Of a stretch of 64,000 nt of DNA, positions 50,666 through 59,942 are shown in pieces. The notes beneath the pieces were generated by a model. That model was given only the letters and a program-made list of their open reading frames with translations, was not told the origin of the DNA and ran no database searches. Position 1 is the first letter of the stretch; every line of letters starts with the position of its first letter. Made by a program: the position numbers and the translations under genes. The stretch comes from Opitutaceae bacterium. Lineage in GTDB: Bacteria; Verrucomicrobiota; Verrucomicrobiia; Opitutales; Opitutaceae. The stretch lies in contig JBBAVH010000025.1 in NCBI GenBank assembly GCA_040397825.1, positions 6,633 to 70,632 of the forward strand, given 5' to 3'.

Positions 50666-53509
50666 ATGCCGGCTCTTTTCCGCCTTCTGCTGGCGTTCAG
50701 CGCTGGCGCCGCTTGCCTCCCAGCGGCGCCGACCGGCGCCCGCTCGGGCCGCTGGGCGCACGAGGTGCCGCGGGCCATGGCGCCCGATCCGGCGGTCGCC
50801 TGGGGGCGGCTCGACAACGGCTTCCGCTATGCGCTGCTGCCCCACGGGGGCGTGCCCGGACGGGTCACGATGCAGCTGCTCGTGCTCTCCGGATCGATGG
50901 ATGAACGGGATGAAGAGCGCGGCATCGCGCATTTCACCGAGCACCTCGCCTTCGGCGGAACGGCCAATTTCCCCGCGGACCGCATGGTCGACCTCTTCCA
51001 GCGCCTCGGCGTCGAGTACGGCAGCGACGTCAACGCGATCACCACGTTCGACCACACGGCCTACCGGCTCGACTTCCGGGAGAATGATCCGGCGCTCCTG
51101 CGCGAGGGCCTGCGGCTCTTTCGCGACTTCGGGGACGCCGTCGCCTTTGAACCGGTCGCGATCGAGCGGGAGCGTCGCGTCGTGCTCGCCGAGCTGCGCA
51201 ACCGCGATACGCTGGCCGGCCGCCAGCAGCAGGCGTCGATGCCGGTCGTCTTCCGCGGGTTGCGCTTCACCGACCGGCCGCCGGGTGGGCGGGAGAATCT
51301 TATCCGCGGTTTCACCCGCGAGCAGTTCCTGGACTTCCATCGGCGTTCCTACCGGCCCGACCTCATGGTGCTTGTCGCGGCGGGTGATTTCCCGGCCGAC
51401 GCGCTCGAGGCGCAAGTGCGGGAGGTCTTTGGTCCGATGGCGCGGCCGGCCGCACCGGTTCCCCTGCGCTATGACGGGCGGCTAGACGCCCGCGGGCTGC
51501 GGGCGGGGGTATTCCGGATCAATGGTTTCGGCGGGGCCGCGGTCGAGGCCGCCACCGTGTTCGCCCTGACCGACCGTCCCGACTCCCGCGAAGCGCAGGT
51601 GCAGCGCCAGCAGCGGGAGTTCGTCATGGCGGTTTTCGCCCGCCGTTTGCGCCGCGACGGGCGAGGCGGGGGCGCGTTCGCCTCCTACGAGGAATTCCTC
51701 GGCCATGGGGTCGCCACCGCCGGGCTCGAGGTTCCGGCGTCCGCCTGGTCCGAGGGGGTGCGTTCCATCGACGGGCTGGTCCGTCTTACGCTTGAACGCG
51801 GACTCGACTCCGCCGACCTCGAGGAGGAACGGGCCCGCCAGTTGCGGATGACGGCGCACCTCGCCGGCCAACTGGCGGTGGCCGATCCCGGGGAGCTTTG
51901 CGAGGAGCTCAAGGAGTCGATCGTGGCGAACTCGGTCTACCCGGGCGGCACGCGTGTGCTGGCGTGGCGCCGCGAATGGCTGGAGCGGTTCACGGCGGGC
52001 GACGCGCAGAAGGTGTTCCGCGGCTTGTGGCCGGTTGAAACGATGGCGTTTCACGTCTCGGGCGGGATCGACGTGAACCTCGGGCCCGAGGCGGTGGTCG
52101 CGGAGGTGCGGAAGGGGCGGCGGGCGGGCCTGGCGGCGGTGATGCCTCGCGCCCGCACCGAGACGCCTTTCGTGGTGCCGCGGTTCCCGGCCCCTACGCC
52201 GGTCGTCGAGCGGCGCGAGCTGCCCGCCTTGGGTGCGGTGCTGGCGCGTTTCGGCAACGAGGTGCGTTTGAACCTCGTGCCGGCGCGCGGGGAACCTGGC
52301 CTGGCGCGGGCGGTGGTGCGCGTCGGCACGGGCCTGCTGGAGATGCCGGGCAACCGGCCAGCGCTGAAGGAGTGGGGAATCACGAGCCTGCTGGCCAGCG
52401 GCGGCACGCATTTCCGGCCGGAGCGGTTCTCGGCGCTGGTGGAGGAGCGGTTGCTCGAGTTTGGCCTCGATGTGGCCGACCGCGACGCATTCACGTTCCG
52501 CGGCGCGATGGCGGCGGAGCAGCTGGAGGTGTTCCTCGCCCTCGTCGCCGACCTGCTCCACGCTCCGGTGATCAACGCCCTCGCGCATCAGGACCAGCGC
52601 GTGCAGGCGGTGCTGGGGCGCGCGGCCGCGGGCGGCGGAATGGGCGAGGGGATGCGCGAGCTCACCAACCACCTCTTCAAGGGGGATGCCCGCTTCACGT
52701 GGGGCTCGCCGCTGGATTACCTTTCGCTTGGCGTGACCGACGTCCGCCGCTGGCTGGAGCCCTCGTTCTCCCGCGGCTACGTCGAGGTGACCGTCGCGGG
52801 CGACGTGACGGAAGCCGCCGTCGTGGATGCGGTCTCACGGACCCTGGGCGCGCTACGGCCGCGGGCGGCGCGCAAGGAGACGTCGGCGCCGCCGCGGCTG
52901 GTCGCGTTGTCGGCCCCGCCGGGGTTCACGCGGATCGAGTTCGTCGGGGAGCAGAACGTCGGCCTGGTCACGGGAACCTGGCCGGTCCAAGGCGTGTCGT
53001 CCGCGCGCGACCAGGCGGCGCTGGAGATCCTGGCCAAGGTGCTGGAGCTCCGGGTGCGCGCCGAGGTGCGCGAGCGGCTCGGGTTCGCCTACTCACCCTC
53101 CGCCCGGCTGGAGATGTTTGAAGGGTTCCCCGGCTTCGCGTTGCTGCAGGCGCGGATCGACTGCGCCCCCCATGACGCGGGACGGATCGCACCCGTCCTC
53201 GCCGACCTCGGCGCGCGCTTGGCCGCGGGAGGCGTCTCCCCGGGTGAATTCATCGGAGCGCGGGGCATCCTGCGCGGCCAGTTGCGGCAGGCGTTCCGCG
53301 ACCCCGCGTTCCTTGTGGCCCTGCTGATGCGAGCCCAGGAGCGCCCCGGTGAGACGGACGACGCCCTCGCGCTGCACGGCGGGCTGGTCGGCCACGTTCC
53401 GCTCGAGGAGGTGAACCGCTGGGCCGGGCGCGTGCTGCCGGCGGCGAACGGGCGCACGGCGGCCGTGGTTCCCAAGGCCTTCGTCGGGATCCTGCAGGTG
53501 CCGCGCTGA
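50666..53509 (+). CDS. M16-family (insulinase/PqqL-like) zinc peptidase, exported
   Basis: Signal peptide, LDNGFRY, HxxEH (HFTEH), NAITTFDHT, ERERRVVLAE. Start reset to 50666. Confidence 0.92.
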   Translation: MPALFRLLLAFSAGAACLPAAPTGARSGRWAHEVPRAMAPDPAVAWGRLDNGFRYALLPHGGVPGRVTMQLLVLSGSMDERDEERGIAHFTEHLAFGGTANFPADRMVDLFQRLGVEYGSDVNAITTFDHTAYRLDFRENDPALLREGLRLFRDFGDAVAFEPVAIERERRVVLAELRNRDTLAGRQQQASMPVVFRGLRFTDRPPGGRENLIRGFTREQFLDFHRRSYRPDLMVLVAAGDFPADALEAQVREVFGPMARPAAPVPLRYDGRLDARGLRAGVFRINGFGGAAVEAATVFALTDRPDSREAQVQRQQREFVMAVFARRLRRDGRGGGAFASYEEFLGHGVATAGLEVPASAWSEGVRSIDGLVRLTLERGLDSADLEEERARQLRMTAHLAGQLAVADPGELCEELKESIVANSVYPGGTRVLAWRREWLERFTAGDAQKVFRGLWPVETMAFHVSGGIDVNLGPEAVVAEVRKGRRAGLAAVMPRARTETPFVVPRFPAPTPVVERRELPALGAVLARFGNEVRLNLVPARGEPGLARAVVRVGTGLLEMPGNRPALKEWGITSLLASGGTHFRPERFSALVEERLLEFGLDVADRDAFTFRGAMAAEQLEVFLALVADLLHAPVINALAHQDQRVQAVLGRAAAGGGMGEGMRELTNHLFKGDARFTWGSPLDYLSLGVTDVRRWLEPSFSRGYVEVTVAGDVTEAAVVDAVSRTLGALRPRAARKETSAPPRLVALSAPPGFTRIEFVGEQNVGLVTGTWPVQGVSSARDQAALEILAKVLELRVRAEVRERLGFAYSPSARLEMFEGFPGFALLQARIDCAPHDAGRIAPVLADLGARLAAGGVSPGEFIGARGILRGQLRQAFRDPAFLVALLMRAQERPGETDDALALHGGLVGHVPLEEVNRWAGRVLPAANGRTAAVVPKAFVGILQVPR

Positions 53510-53529
53510 GCAGCGATCCCGCCTCGGCC

Positions 53530-54765
53530 TCAGCCGCGGAAGAAGGCGAGGATGCGGCGGAGGCTGGCGACGAGCGCGTCGATCTCCGCTTCGCCGTTGT
53601 AGAGGTAGAAGCTCGCTCGCGTGGTGCTTGCGAGGCCCAGCTTCCGCATCAGCGGCTGGTTGCAGTGATGGCCGCCGCGCAGCGCGACCCCGTCCTCGTC
53701 GGCAAAGGTCACGACGTCGTGCGCGTGCACGTCCGCGAATGCGAAGCTCACCAGGCCGCTGCGGGGGCCGCGGGGGCCGAGGAGGCGGATGCCCGGTAGT
53801 TCCGCCAGCCGCTGGTAGGCCGCGGCCGCAAGCTCGGCATCGTGAAGCGCGATCTTCTCCCGGCCCGCGTCGTCGAGGTAGTCGCAAGCCGCCGCCAGAC
53901 CGACCGCGCCGGCGATGTTGGGCGTGCCGGCTTCGAATCGTTCTGGCGCTGGCTTCCAAGTCGCGCCTTCGTACGTCACGGTGACGACCATGCCGCCGCC
54001 GGTCTCGTCGGGCGGCATCGCGTCGAGCAGCTCCCGCCGTCCGTACAGCACGCCGATCCCCGTCGGACCGCACATCTTGTGTCCGGAAAACGCGACGAAG
54101 TCCGCCCCCAGCGCCCGCACGTCGAGCGGCAGGTGCCCGACGGACTGCGCCGCGTCGACGACTGAAAGCGCGCCCGCCGCCCGGGCGCGGGCGCAAAGGT
54201 CCGCCGCGGGGTTGACGATCCCGAGGGTGTTGGAGGCGTGCGTGAAGGCGAAGACCTTCACCGCCGGGGTCAGCAGCCGGTCCAGCGCGGCGAGGTCCAA
54301 TCCGCCTTCGGCGTCGGCACCGGTCACCGGCACGAGGCGCAGCTCGGCGCCGGTCGCCCGCGCGAGCTGCTGCCACGGCACGAGGTTGGAATGGTGCTCC
54401 ATCTCGGTGGCGAGGATCGCGTCGCCGGGGCGTAGCCGGCCCGCGAGGCCGCGGGCGATGACGTTGATGCTCTCGGTCGTGCCGCGCGTGAAGACGACCT
54501 CCGCCGGGTCGGCCGTGTTGAGGAAGCGCGCCACCCGGGCCCGCGCCGTCTCGTAGGCGTCGGTCGAGCGCATCGACAGCGCGTGCAGTCCGCGGTGAAC
54601 GTTGCTGTTGTCGCGCTCGTAGTAGCGGGCGATGGCCTCGATCACGGCGCGCGGCTTGTGGGTCGTGGCCGCGTTGTCGAGGTACACGAGCGGCTTGCCG
54701 TGCACCTGTTGGTGCAGCGCCGGGAAATCTTGGCGGAGATCGCGTCCTGAGGACATGAGGGTCAT
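53530..54765 (-). CDS. sufS: Cysteine desulfurase, SufS type
   Basis: YLDNAATT, SNVHRG, EHHSN, SGHKMCGPTG (PLP Lys) and RGGHHC motifs. Confidence 0.95.
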   Translation of the reverse strand: MTLMSSGRDLRQDFPALHQQVHGKPLVYLDNAATTHKPRAVIEAIARYYERDNSNVHRGLHALSMRSTDAYETARARVARFLNTADPAEVVFTRGTTESINVIARGLAGRLRPGDAILATEMEHHSNLVPWQQLARATGAELRLVPVTGADAEGGLDLAALDRLLTPAVKVFAFTHASNTLGIVNPAADLCARARAAGALSVVDAAQSVGHLPLDVRALGADFVAFSGHKMCGPTGIGVLYGRRELLDAMPPDETGGGMVVTVTYEGATWKPAPERFEAGTPNIAGAVGLAAACDYLDDAGREKIALHDAELAAAAYQRLAELPGIRLLGPRGPRSGLVSFAFADVHAHDVVTFADEDGVALRGGHHCNQPLMRKLGLASTTRASFYLYNGEAEIDALVASLRRILAFFRG

Positions 54766-55124
54766 CTGGCGTGGGCGCCGCGGCTGGCCGCGGCGCGAAA
54801 GGCCGTAAAGAGCGAATCCCTCCGGCGGTACTCAGCAACCCCGTTTGTTTCCCGGTTTGAGCCGTTTCCCGGGCCCCTTGGCTCGCGAGCCCGCGGATTC
54901 CGCGCCGCCGATCCGCCGGAGGCGGTTCGTAGCTGCATGACCGCTGGTAGCCGACCGGGCGGTTTGAAACGCGGAGTACCCGCGAGGACCGACGGCCATC
55001 GACGCGGGCGGACGTGGCGCTGCCTCCCGCTTCGTTCTCTAGGCCTGGTGCAACCGCTGACGCGCGGCCGAGGCCTTTGCGCGGCCGCGTTGACTCCCGC
55101 GGAGTCCGCGTTCGCCTTCCGTCC

Positions 55125-57899
55125 ATGCCCCGTCCGCGACTCTTCCCCTCGCTCGCACTCTGTGCCGCCTTCCTCTTTTCCTCCGGCCTTTCGGCCGCGG
55201 CCCTCACCTCGCCGAAGCAGCACTTCGGCTTCGCGATCGGCGACGACTACCACCTCGCGACGTACACGCAGACGGAGGCTTACTTCAAATTGCTCGCCTC
55301 CCAGTCGCCGCGCCTGCGGTTGGTCGACATCGGCCGCACCGAGGAAGGCCGCACGCAGTGGATGGTGGTCTGCTCGTCGCCCGCCAACCTCGCGCGGCTC
55401 GACCGTCTGAAGGAGATCTCGCGGACGCTCGCGCGGGCCGAGGATGCCGATGAAGCCCGCGCCCGCGCGCTCGCCGCCGAGGGGCGCGCGGTGGTCTGGA
55501 TCGACGGCGGCCTGCACGCCACCGAGACCGTCGGCACCCATCAGCTGATCGAGACCCTTTGGCAGCTCGCCAGCCGGGAGGACGCCGAGACGGTCCGCAT
55601 CCTCGACGAAGTGGTCGTGCTTCTGGTGCATGCCAATCCCGACGGACAGGAGCTGATGAGCTCCTGGTACATGCGCCGGCCCGAGCCGGCCAAGCGGGTG
55701 ATCGACCAGCTGCCGAGGCTTTACCAGAAGTATGCCGGCCACGACAACAACCGCGACTTCTTCATGTCGGCGCTGCGCGAGTCGGCGAACATGAACCGGC
55801 AGCTCTACGTCGATTGGATTCCGCAGGTGATGTACAACCACCACCAGTCGGGACCCGCGGGCTCGGTCGTGGCCGGCCCTCCGTACCGCGATCCGTTCAA
55901 CCATGTCTACGACCCGCTGGTGATGACGACGCTCGACGCGGTCGGCGCGGCGATGAGCAGCCGGCTCAACCGGGAGGGCAAGCCCGGCTACACCCAGCGC
56001 AACGGCTCCGTCTTCTCCACCTGGTTCAACGGCGGTCTGCGCACGACGACCTATTTCCACAACATGGTCGGCATCCTTTCCGAGATCATCGGCAGCCCCA
56101 CGCCCTCGGAGGTCCCGCTCGTGCCGGCCCGCCTCGTTCCCAACGGCGCGACGCCGTTTCCCGTCACACCGCGGCCTTGGCGCTACGCCGACTCGATCGA
56201 GTACTCGCTCTCCCTCAACTACGCGGTGCTCGATTTCGCAGCCCGTCACCGCGACTCGCTGCTGCTCGGCATCTGGCGGATGGGCCGCAACTCCATCGAG
56301 CGCGGCAGTCGCGATCACTGGACGCATTACCCGCGGCGGGTCGCGGCGATCCAGGAGGCCCACGCGCGTGACAATCCGCCGGCCAAGGGAGCGGCCGCTG
56401 CCGGCGATGACGATGACTCCGGCGGCTCGGGGAGCGCCGCGGCCCGGCGCCGCATTCCCTCGCGGTACTTCGATTCGGTGATGCGGAAGCCCGAGCTGCG
56501 CGACCCGCGCGGCTACATCCTCCCCGCTGACCAGGCCGACTTCCCGACGGCGGTGAAGTTCGTCAACGCCCTCATCAAGACCGGCATCGTCGTGCACCGC
56601 GCGACCGCCGATTTCACGGTCGCGGGCAAGGCTTACCCGGCCGGTTCCTACGTCGTGAAGACCGACCAGGCGTTCCGGCCGCACGTGATCGACATGTTCG
56701 AGCCGCAGGATCACCCGAACGACTTTCTCTACGAAGGCGGCCCTCCGATCGCGCCTTATGACTCCGCGGGCTGGACGCTCGCCTTCGAGATGGGGGTGAA
56801 GTTTGACCGGGTGCTCGACGCCTTCGAGGGACCTCTCGCGCGGCTGCCCTGGGGAGAACTGCAGGCGCCGCCTCCGGGAAGACTGGCTCCCTCGGCGGGA
56901 GGCTGGCGTGTGGGTCGCGCCGCCAACGACGGCTTCACGCTCGTCAACCGGCTCCTGCGCGCCGGAGGCGAGGTCTCCGTTTCCGCGCAGGGTGGTGATT
57001 TCCTCATCCCCGCTTCGGCCCGGGCGGTGCTCGAGCCGCTGGTCGCCGAGCTGGGGGTTACGCCGGTTCCCCTCCCGACCGCGCCGGCCGGGGCCCGTCG
57101 CCTTTCGCCGGCGCGCATCGCCCTGTGGGATCGTTACGGCGGCTCGATGCCCTCGGGCTGGACGCGGCTGCTGTTCGAGCAGTTCGGTTTCGCGTTCGAC
57201 GTGATCTACCCGCCTCAGATCGATGCCGGCGGGTTGCGCGAGAAATACGACGTCATCGTGTTTCCCTCGGGCGCCATCCCGCGCTCCGGCTCCGCCGAAG
57301 GCTCCTCGGGCGGCTACTCAACGGTGCGCGAGCCGTCGCAGGCCGAGATGCCAGTCGAGTACCGCGGCCGTTCCGGTCGTTTCACAGCCGCCAAGTCCCT
57401 CCCGCCGCTCAAGGCCTTTCTCGAGGCTGGCGGTGTCATCGTCACCGTCGGGACCAGCGCCAACCTCGCCTATCACCTCGGTCTGCCGGTCAGGAACGCG
57501 CTCGTGCAGCCGGGCGCGAAGGGCGGCGACCAGCCGCTGCCGAAGGACAAGTATTTCGTTCCCGGCAGCATCCTGCGGGTCAGCCTCGACACGAACGCGC
57601 CGGTTGCGGCGGGGATGCCGGCCGAGGCGGACGTTTACTTCGATTCCAGTCATGTCTTCCGGCTCGCCGACGATGCCACCGCGCGCGGGGTGAGGCCGCT
57701 GGCGTGGTTCCCCCACGCCGCTCCGCTGCGCAGCGGCTGGGCTTGGGGCCAGCATCACCTCAAGGACGGTGTGACGGCCTTCGAGGCGCCCGTGGGTCAG
57801 GGCAAGGTCTACGTCTTCGGACCGGAGATCACCTTCCGCGCCCAGACGCACGGCACGTTCAAGCTCCTGTTCAACGCGCTGTACCGGACGGTTCCCTGA
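55125..57899 (+). CDS. M14-family zinc carboxypeptidase, exported
   Basis: Signal peptide, DGGLHATE (HxxE), NPDG, DNNRD and NHHQ motifs. Start reset to 55125 with TTGACT at -35. Confidence 0.9.
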   Translation: MPRPRLFPSLALCAAFLFSSGLSAAALTSPKQHFGFAIGDDYHLATYTQTEAYFKLLASQSPRLRLVDIGRTEEGRTQWMVVCSSPANLARLDRLKEISRTLARAEDADEARARALAAEGRAVVWIDGGLHATETVGTHQLIETLWQLASREDAETVRILDEVVVLLVHANPDGQELMSSWYMRRPEPAKRVIDQLPRLYQKYAGHDNNRDFFMSALRESANMNRQLYVDWIPQVMYNHHQSGPAGSVVAGPPYRDPFNHVYDPLVMTTLDAVGAAMSSRLNREGKPGYTQRNGSVFSTWFNGGLRTTTYFHNMVGILSEIIGSPTPSEVPLVPARLVPNGATPFPVTPRPWRYADSIEYSLSLNYAVLDFAARHRDSLLLGIWRMGRNSIERGSRDHWTHYPRRVAAIQEAHARDNPPAKGAAAAGDDDDSGGSGSAAARRRIPSRYFDSVMRKPELRDPRGYILPADQADFPTAVKFVNALIKTGIVVHRATADFTVAGKAYPAGSYVVKTDQAFRPHVIDMFEPQDHPNDFLYEGGPPIAPYDSAGWTLAFEMGVKFDRVLDAFEGPLARLPWGELQAPPPGRLAPSAGGWRVGRAANDGFTLVNRLLRAGGEVSVSAQGGDFLIPASARAVLEPLVAELGVTPVPLPTAPAGARRLSPARIALWDRYGGSMPSGWTRLLFEQFGFAFDVIYPPQIDAGGLREKYDVIVFPSGAIPRSGSAEGSSGGYSTVREPSQAEMPVEYRGRSGRFTAAKSLPPLKAFLEAGGVIVTVGTSANLAYHLGLPVRNALVQPGAKGGDQPLPKDKYFVPGSILRVSLDTNAPVAAGMPAEADVYFDSSHVFRLADDATARGVRPLAWFPHAAPLRSGWAWGQHHLKDGVTAFEAPVGQGKVYVFGPEITFRAQTHGTFKLLFNALYRTVP

Positions 57900-57959
57900 C
57901 GCTTCGGCAAAGTTCTCGGGCGCGCTGGATTTGGCGTCGGGGCTGGATAGGATCGCGCG

Positions 57960-58436
57960 ATGAACCACTTCATTCGTTTACCCATCCTTTGCATCCTAAC
58001 TGTCCTGCTTGCCGCCTGTGGTCGTCAGGAACACGCGGCTCCCAAGGGAGGCGGCGGGGGCCACGTCCACACCGCTCCGCACGGCGGCACGTTGATCGAG
58101 GTAGGGGAACACGCCTACAACCTGGAGCTCCTGCGCGACGGTGCCGCGGGTAAGCTGACGATCTGGGTGCTCGACGGCCACGCCGAGAACTTTGTCCGCC
58201 TCAAGGCTCCGGCTTTGGAAGTCAACGTGACAACTGGCGGTGAGAAAAAGCCGCTGTCGCTCAAGGCGGTGGCCAACCCCGCGACCGGCGAGACGGTCGG
58301 AGACACGTCGCAGTTCGAAGCGCAGGCGGATTGGCTGAAAGGCTCGGCGCCGATCGAAGTCGCGGTGTCGCCGGTCGACATCAAGGGGCGTCGTTTCCAG
58401 GGTTTGTCCGGGAAGGTCGGAGCTTCGGCGAAGTAG
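57960..58436 (+). CDS. Lipoprotein with His motif, putative metal-binding
   Basis: Lipobox LLAAC, then GGGGGHVHTAPHGG. Promoter-like TAGGAT-N6-ATG. Confidence 0.8.
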   Translation: MNHFIRLPILCILTVLLAACGRQEHAAPKGGGGGHVHTAPHGGTLIEVGEHAYNLELLRDGAAGKLTIWVLDGHAENFVRLKAPALEVNVTTGGEKKPLSLKAVANPATGETVGDTSQFEAQADWLKGSAPIEVAVSPVDIKGRRFQGLSGKVGASAK

Positions 58437-58442
58437 CGCCGG

Positions 58443-59234
58443 GTGGTTAGGAAGATGCCGGCGTCGAACCCTGCTCGCGGTCTTGGTCCTGGTCCGAGGA
58501 TCCTGGCCTTGGCCACTTTGGCTGGGGTGGCTTTGGCGGCTGGCCTTGGAGCGGCGCCATTTGCGGGGCCCAAGTTTGATCACTCGCTCTGTTGTCCCCG
58601 CGGCTACAATCCCCTGCGTCACGAGGAGAAGGAATTGCTGGGAGAGGGCATGCCTGACCTGATGCCGGGCATGCTGCGCGGGGCCGATTCCGCGGTGAAG
58701 TCTGACGCGCGGCGGGCGCCGGCCTCCTTTGCTGCCGCGGGGGACCCCGCCAAGCCCCCGGTTCCGCCTTTGCCTGCCGGGCCGCCGTTATCGGCGCTCG
58801 AGGGACCGCTGGAGAACGTGGCCGGCTATGCGAAGGTGCATTTCAGCCAATTGGCGGGCTTCAAATATCGGCCGCCGCCGCAGCCGGTCGCCGTTGGCGA
58901 GGAGCCGCCCGATGCAGTAGAGCAGGTCCCCGCGGTGATCCGGAGGCTCGACGGCCGCAAGGTCGTCCTCACCGGCTTCATGCTGCCGCTCAAGCTGGAG
59001 GGCGGGCTCGCGACGGAGTTCTTCCTGCTGAGCAATCCTTCGCTGTGCTGCTACGGCATCATGCCCGAGATGAACGAGTGGATGCATGTGCGGATGCGCG
59101 GCGAAGGGCTGCCGCCGGTGCAGGACGTGCCGGTGTTCCTCGCCGGGATCCTGAAGGTCAGGGCGCGGTGGGAGGCGGGTTACCTCACGGGTATCTACGA
59201 GCTGGAAGGCCACGGGCTGCTGAAGCCGCGGTGA
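58443..59234 (+). CDS. DUF3299-domain protein
   Basis: LDGRKVVLTGFMLPL...EFFLL...CCYG..PEMNEW.HV. A second CC motif near the N-terminus. Start uncertain (GTG 58443 or ATG 58455). Confidence 0.75.
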   Translation: MVRKMPASNPARGLGPGPRILALATLAGVALAAGLGAAPFAGPKFDHSLCCPRGYNPLRHEEKELLGEGMPDLMPGMLRGADSAVKSDARRAPASFAAAGDPAKPPVPPLPAGPPLSALEGPLENVAGYAKVHFSQLAGFKYRPPPQPVAVGEEPPDAVEQVPAVIRRLDGRKVVLTGFMLPLKLEGGLATEFFLLSNPSLCCYGIMPEMNEWMHVRMRGEGLPPVQDVPVFLAGILKVRARWEAGYLTGIYELEGHGLLKPR

Positions 59235-59353
59235 GTGGTCGGCGCGGCACGACGGCTGCTGGGGCGGGCCGTGGCTTCGATTATGCTCCGCATTAGGCCG
59301 CGCCCTCGGGTCGCGGTTTCCCGCTACAAACTGAACGATTGCGGAAAAGCGAC

Positions 59354-59382
59354 TTGCGCGACCTTGGCGCGGAGCCAACCCT
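59354..59382 (+). promoter_or_regulatory. Sigma70-type promoter of the nuo operon
   Basis: TTGCGC-N17-AACCCT, preceded by CGGAAAA-N5, the same geometry as the tRNA promoter. Confidence 0.5.
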
Positions 59383-59416
59383 ACCGGGGATTTTTTACAC
59401 AAACCGGCGTCCACTG

Positions 59417-59926
59417 ATGGTTTCCGCGAACACAGATTTCGGCTACGACAGCAAAATCGAGGGGGGCGTCATCGTCTCCCGGGCCGATGCCGCCATCAAT
59501 TGGATCCGCACCAACTCGATGTGGCCCATGCCCATGGGGTTGGCCTGCTGCGCCATCGAGCTCATGGCCGTCGGTGGGGCGCGGTTCGACATCGCGCGCT
59601 TCGGCGCCGAGGTCATGCGTTTCTCGCCGCGGCAGGCCGACTGCATGATCGTGGCGGGCACGGTGACCTACAAGATGGCTCCGCAGGTGCGCCGGATCTA
59701 TGACCAAATGGCTGCGCCGAAGTGGGTGATCGCCATGGGCGCCTGCGCCAGCTCGGGCGGGATGTACCGCAGCTACGCGACCTTGCAGGGTGTGGACCGC
59801 ATCGTACCGGTGGATGTCTATGTGAGTGGTTGCCCGCCGCGGCCCGAGGCGCTCCTCGACGCGCTCATGAAGCTGCAGGACAAGGTCCGGCGCGAGCCGT
59901 CCGCGCGTCGTCTTCTTTCCGCCTGA
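59417..59926 (+). CDS. nuoB: NADH-quinone oxidoreductase subunit B
   Basis: [34 protein letters not shown]. Start reset to 59417. Confidence 0.97.
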   Translation: MVSANTDFGYDSKIEGGVIVSRADAAINWIRTNSMWPMPMGLACCAIELMAVGGARFDIARFGAEVMRFSPRQADCMIVAGTVTYKMAPQVRRIYDQMAAPKWVIAMGACASSGGMYRSYATLQGVDRIVPVDVYVSGCPPRPEALLDALMKLQDKVRREPSARRLLSA

Positions 59927-59942
59927 GCCCGGCTGCGCCGTC

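Noticed and set aside
50348-51415. N-terminal extension of the 860-aa ORF
   Set aside because: It overlaps the M16 gene antisense; the signal peptide begins at GTG 50347.
54766-55124. Possible 6S, SRP or RNase P RNA in the long GC-rich intergenic region
   Set aside because: Hairpins are present but none of the diagnostic conserved motifs.
54762-56714. 650-aa minus-strand ORF
   Set aside because: Antisense to the M14 peptidase.
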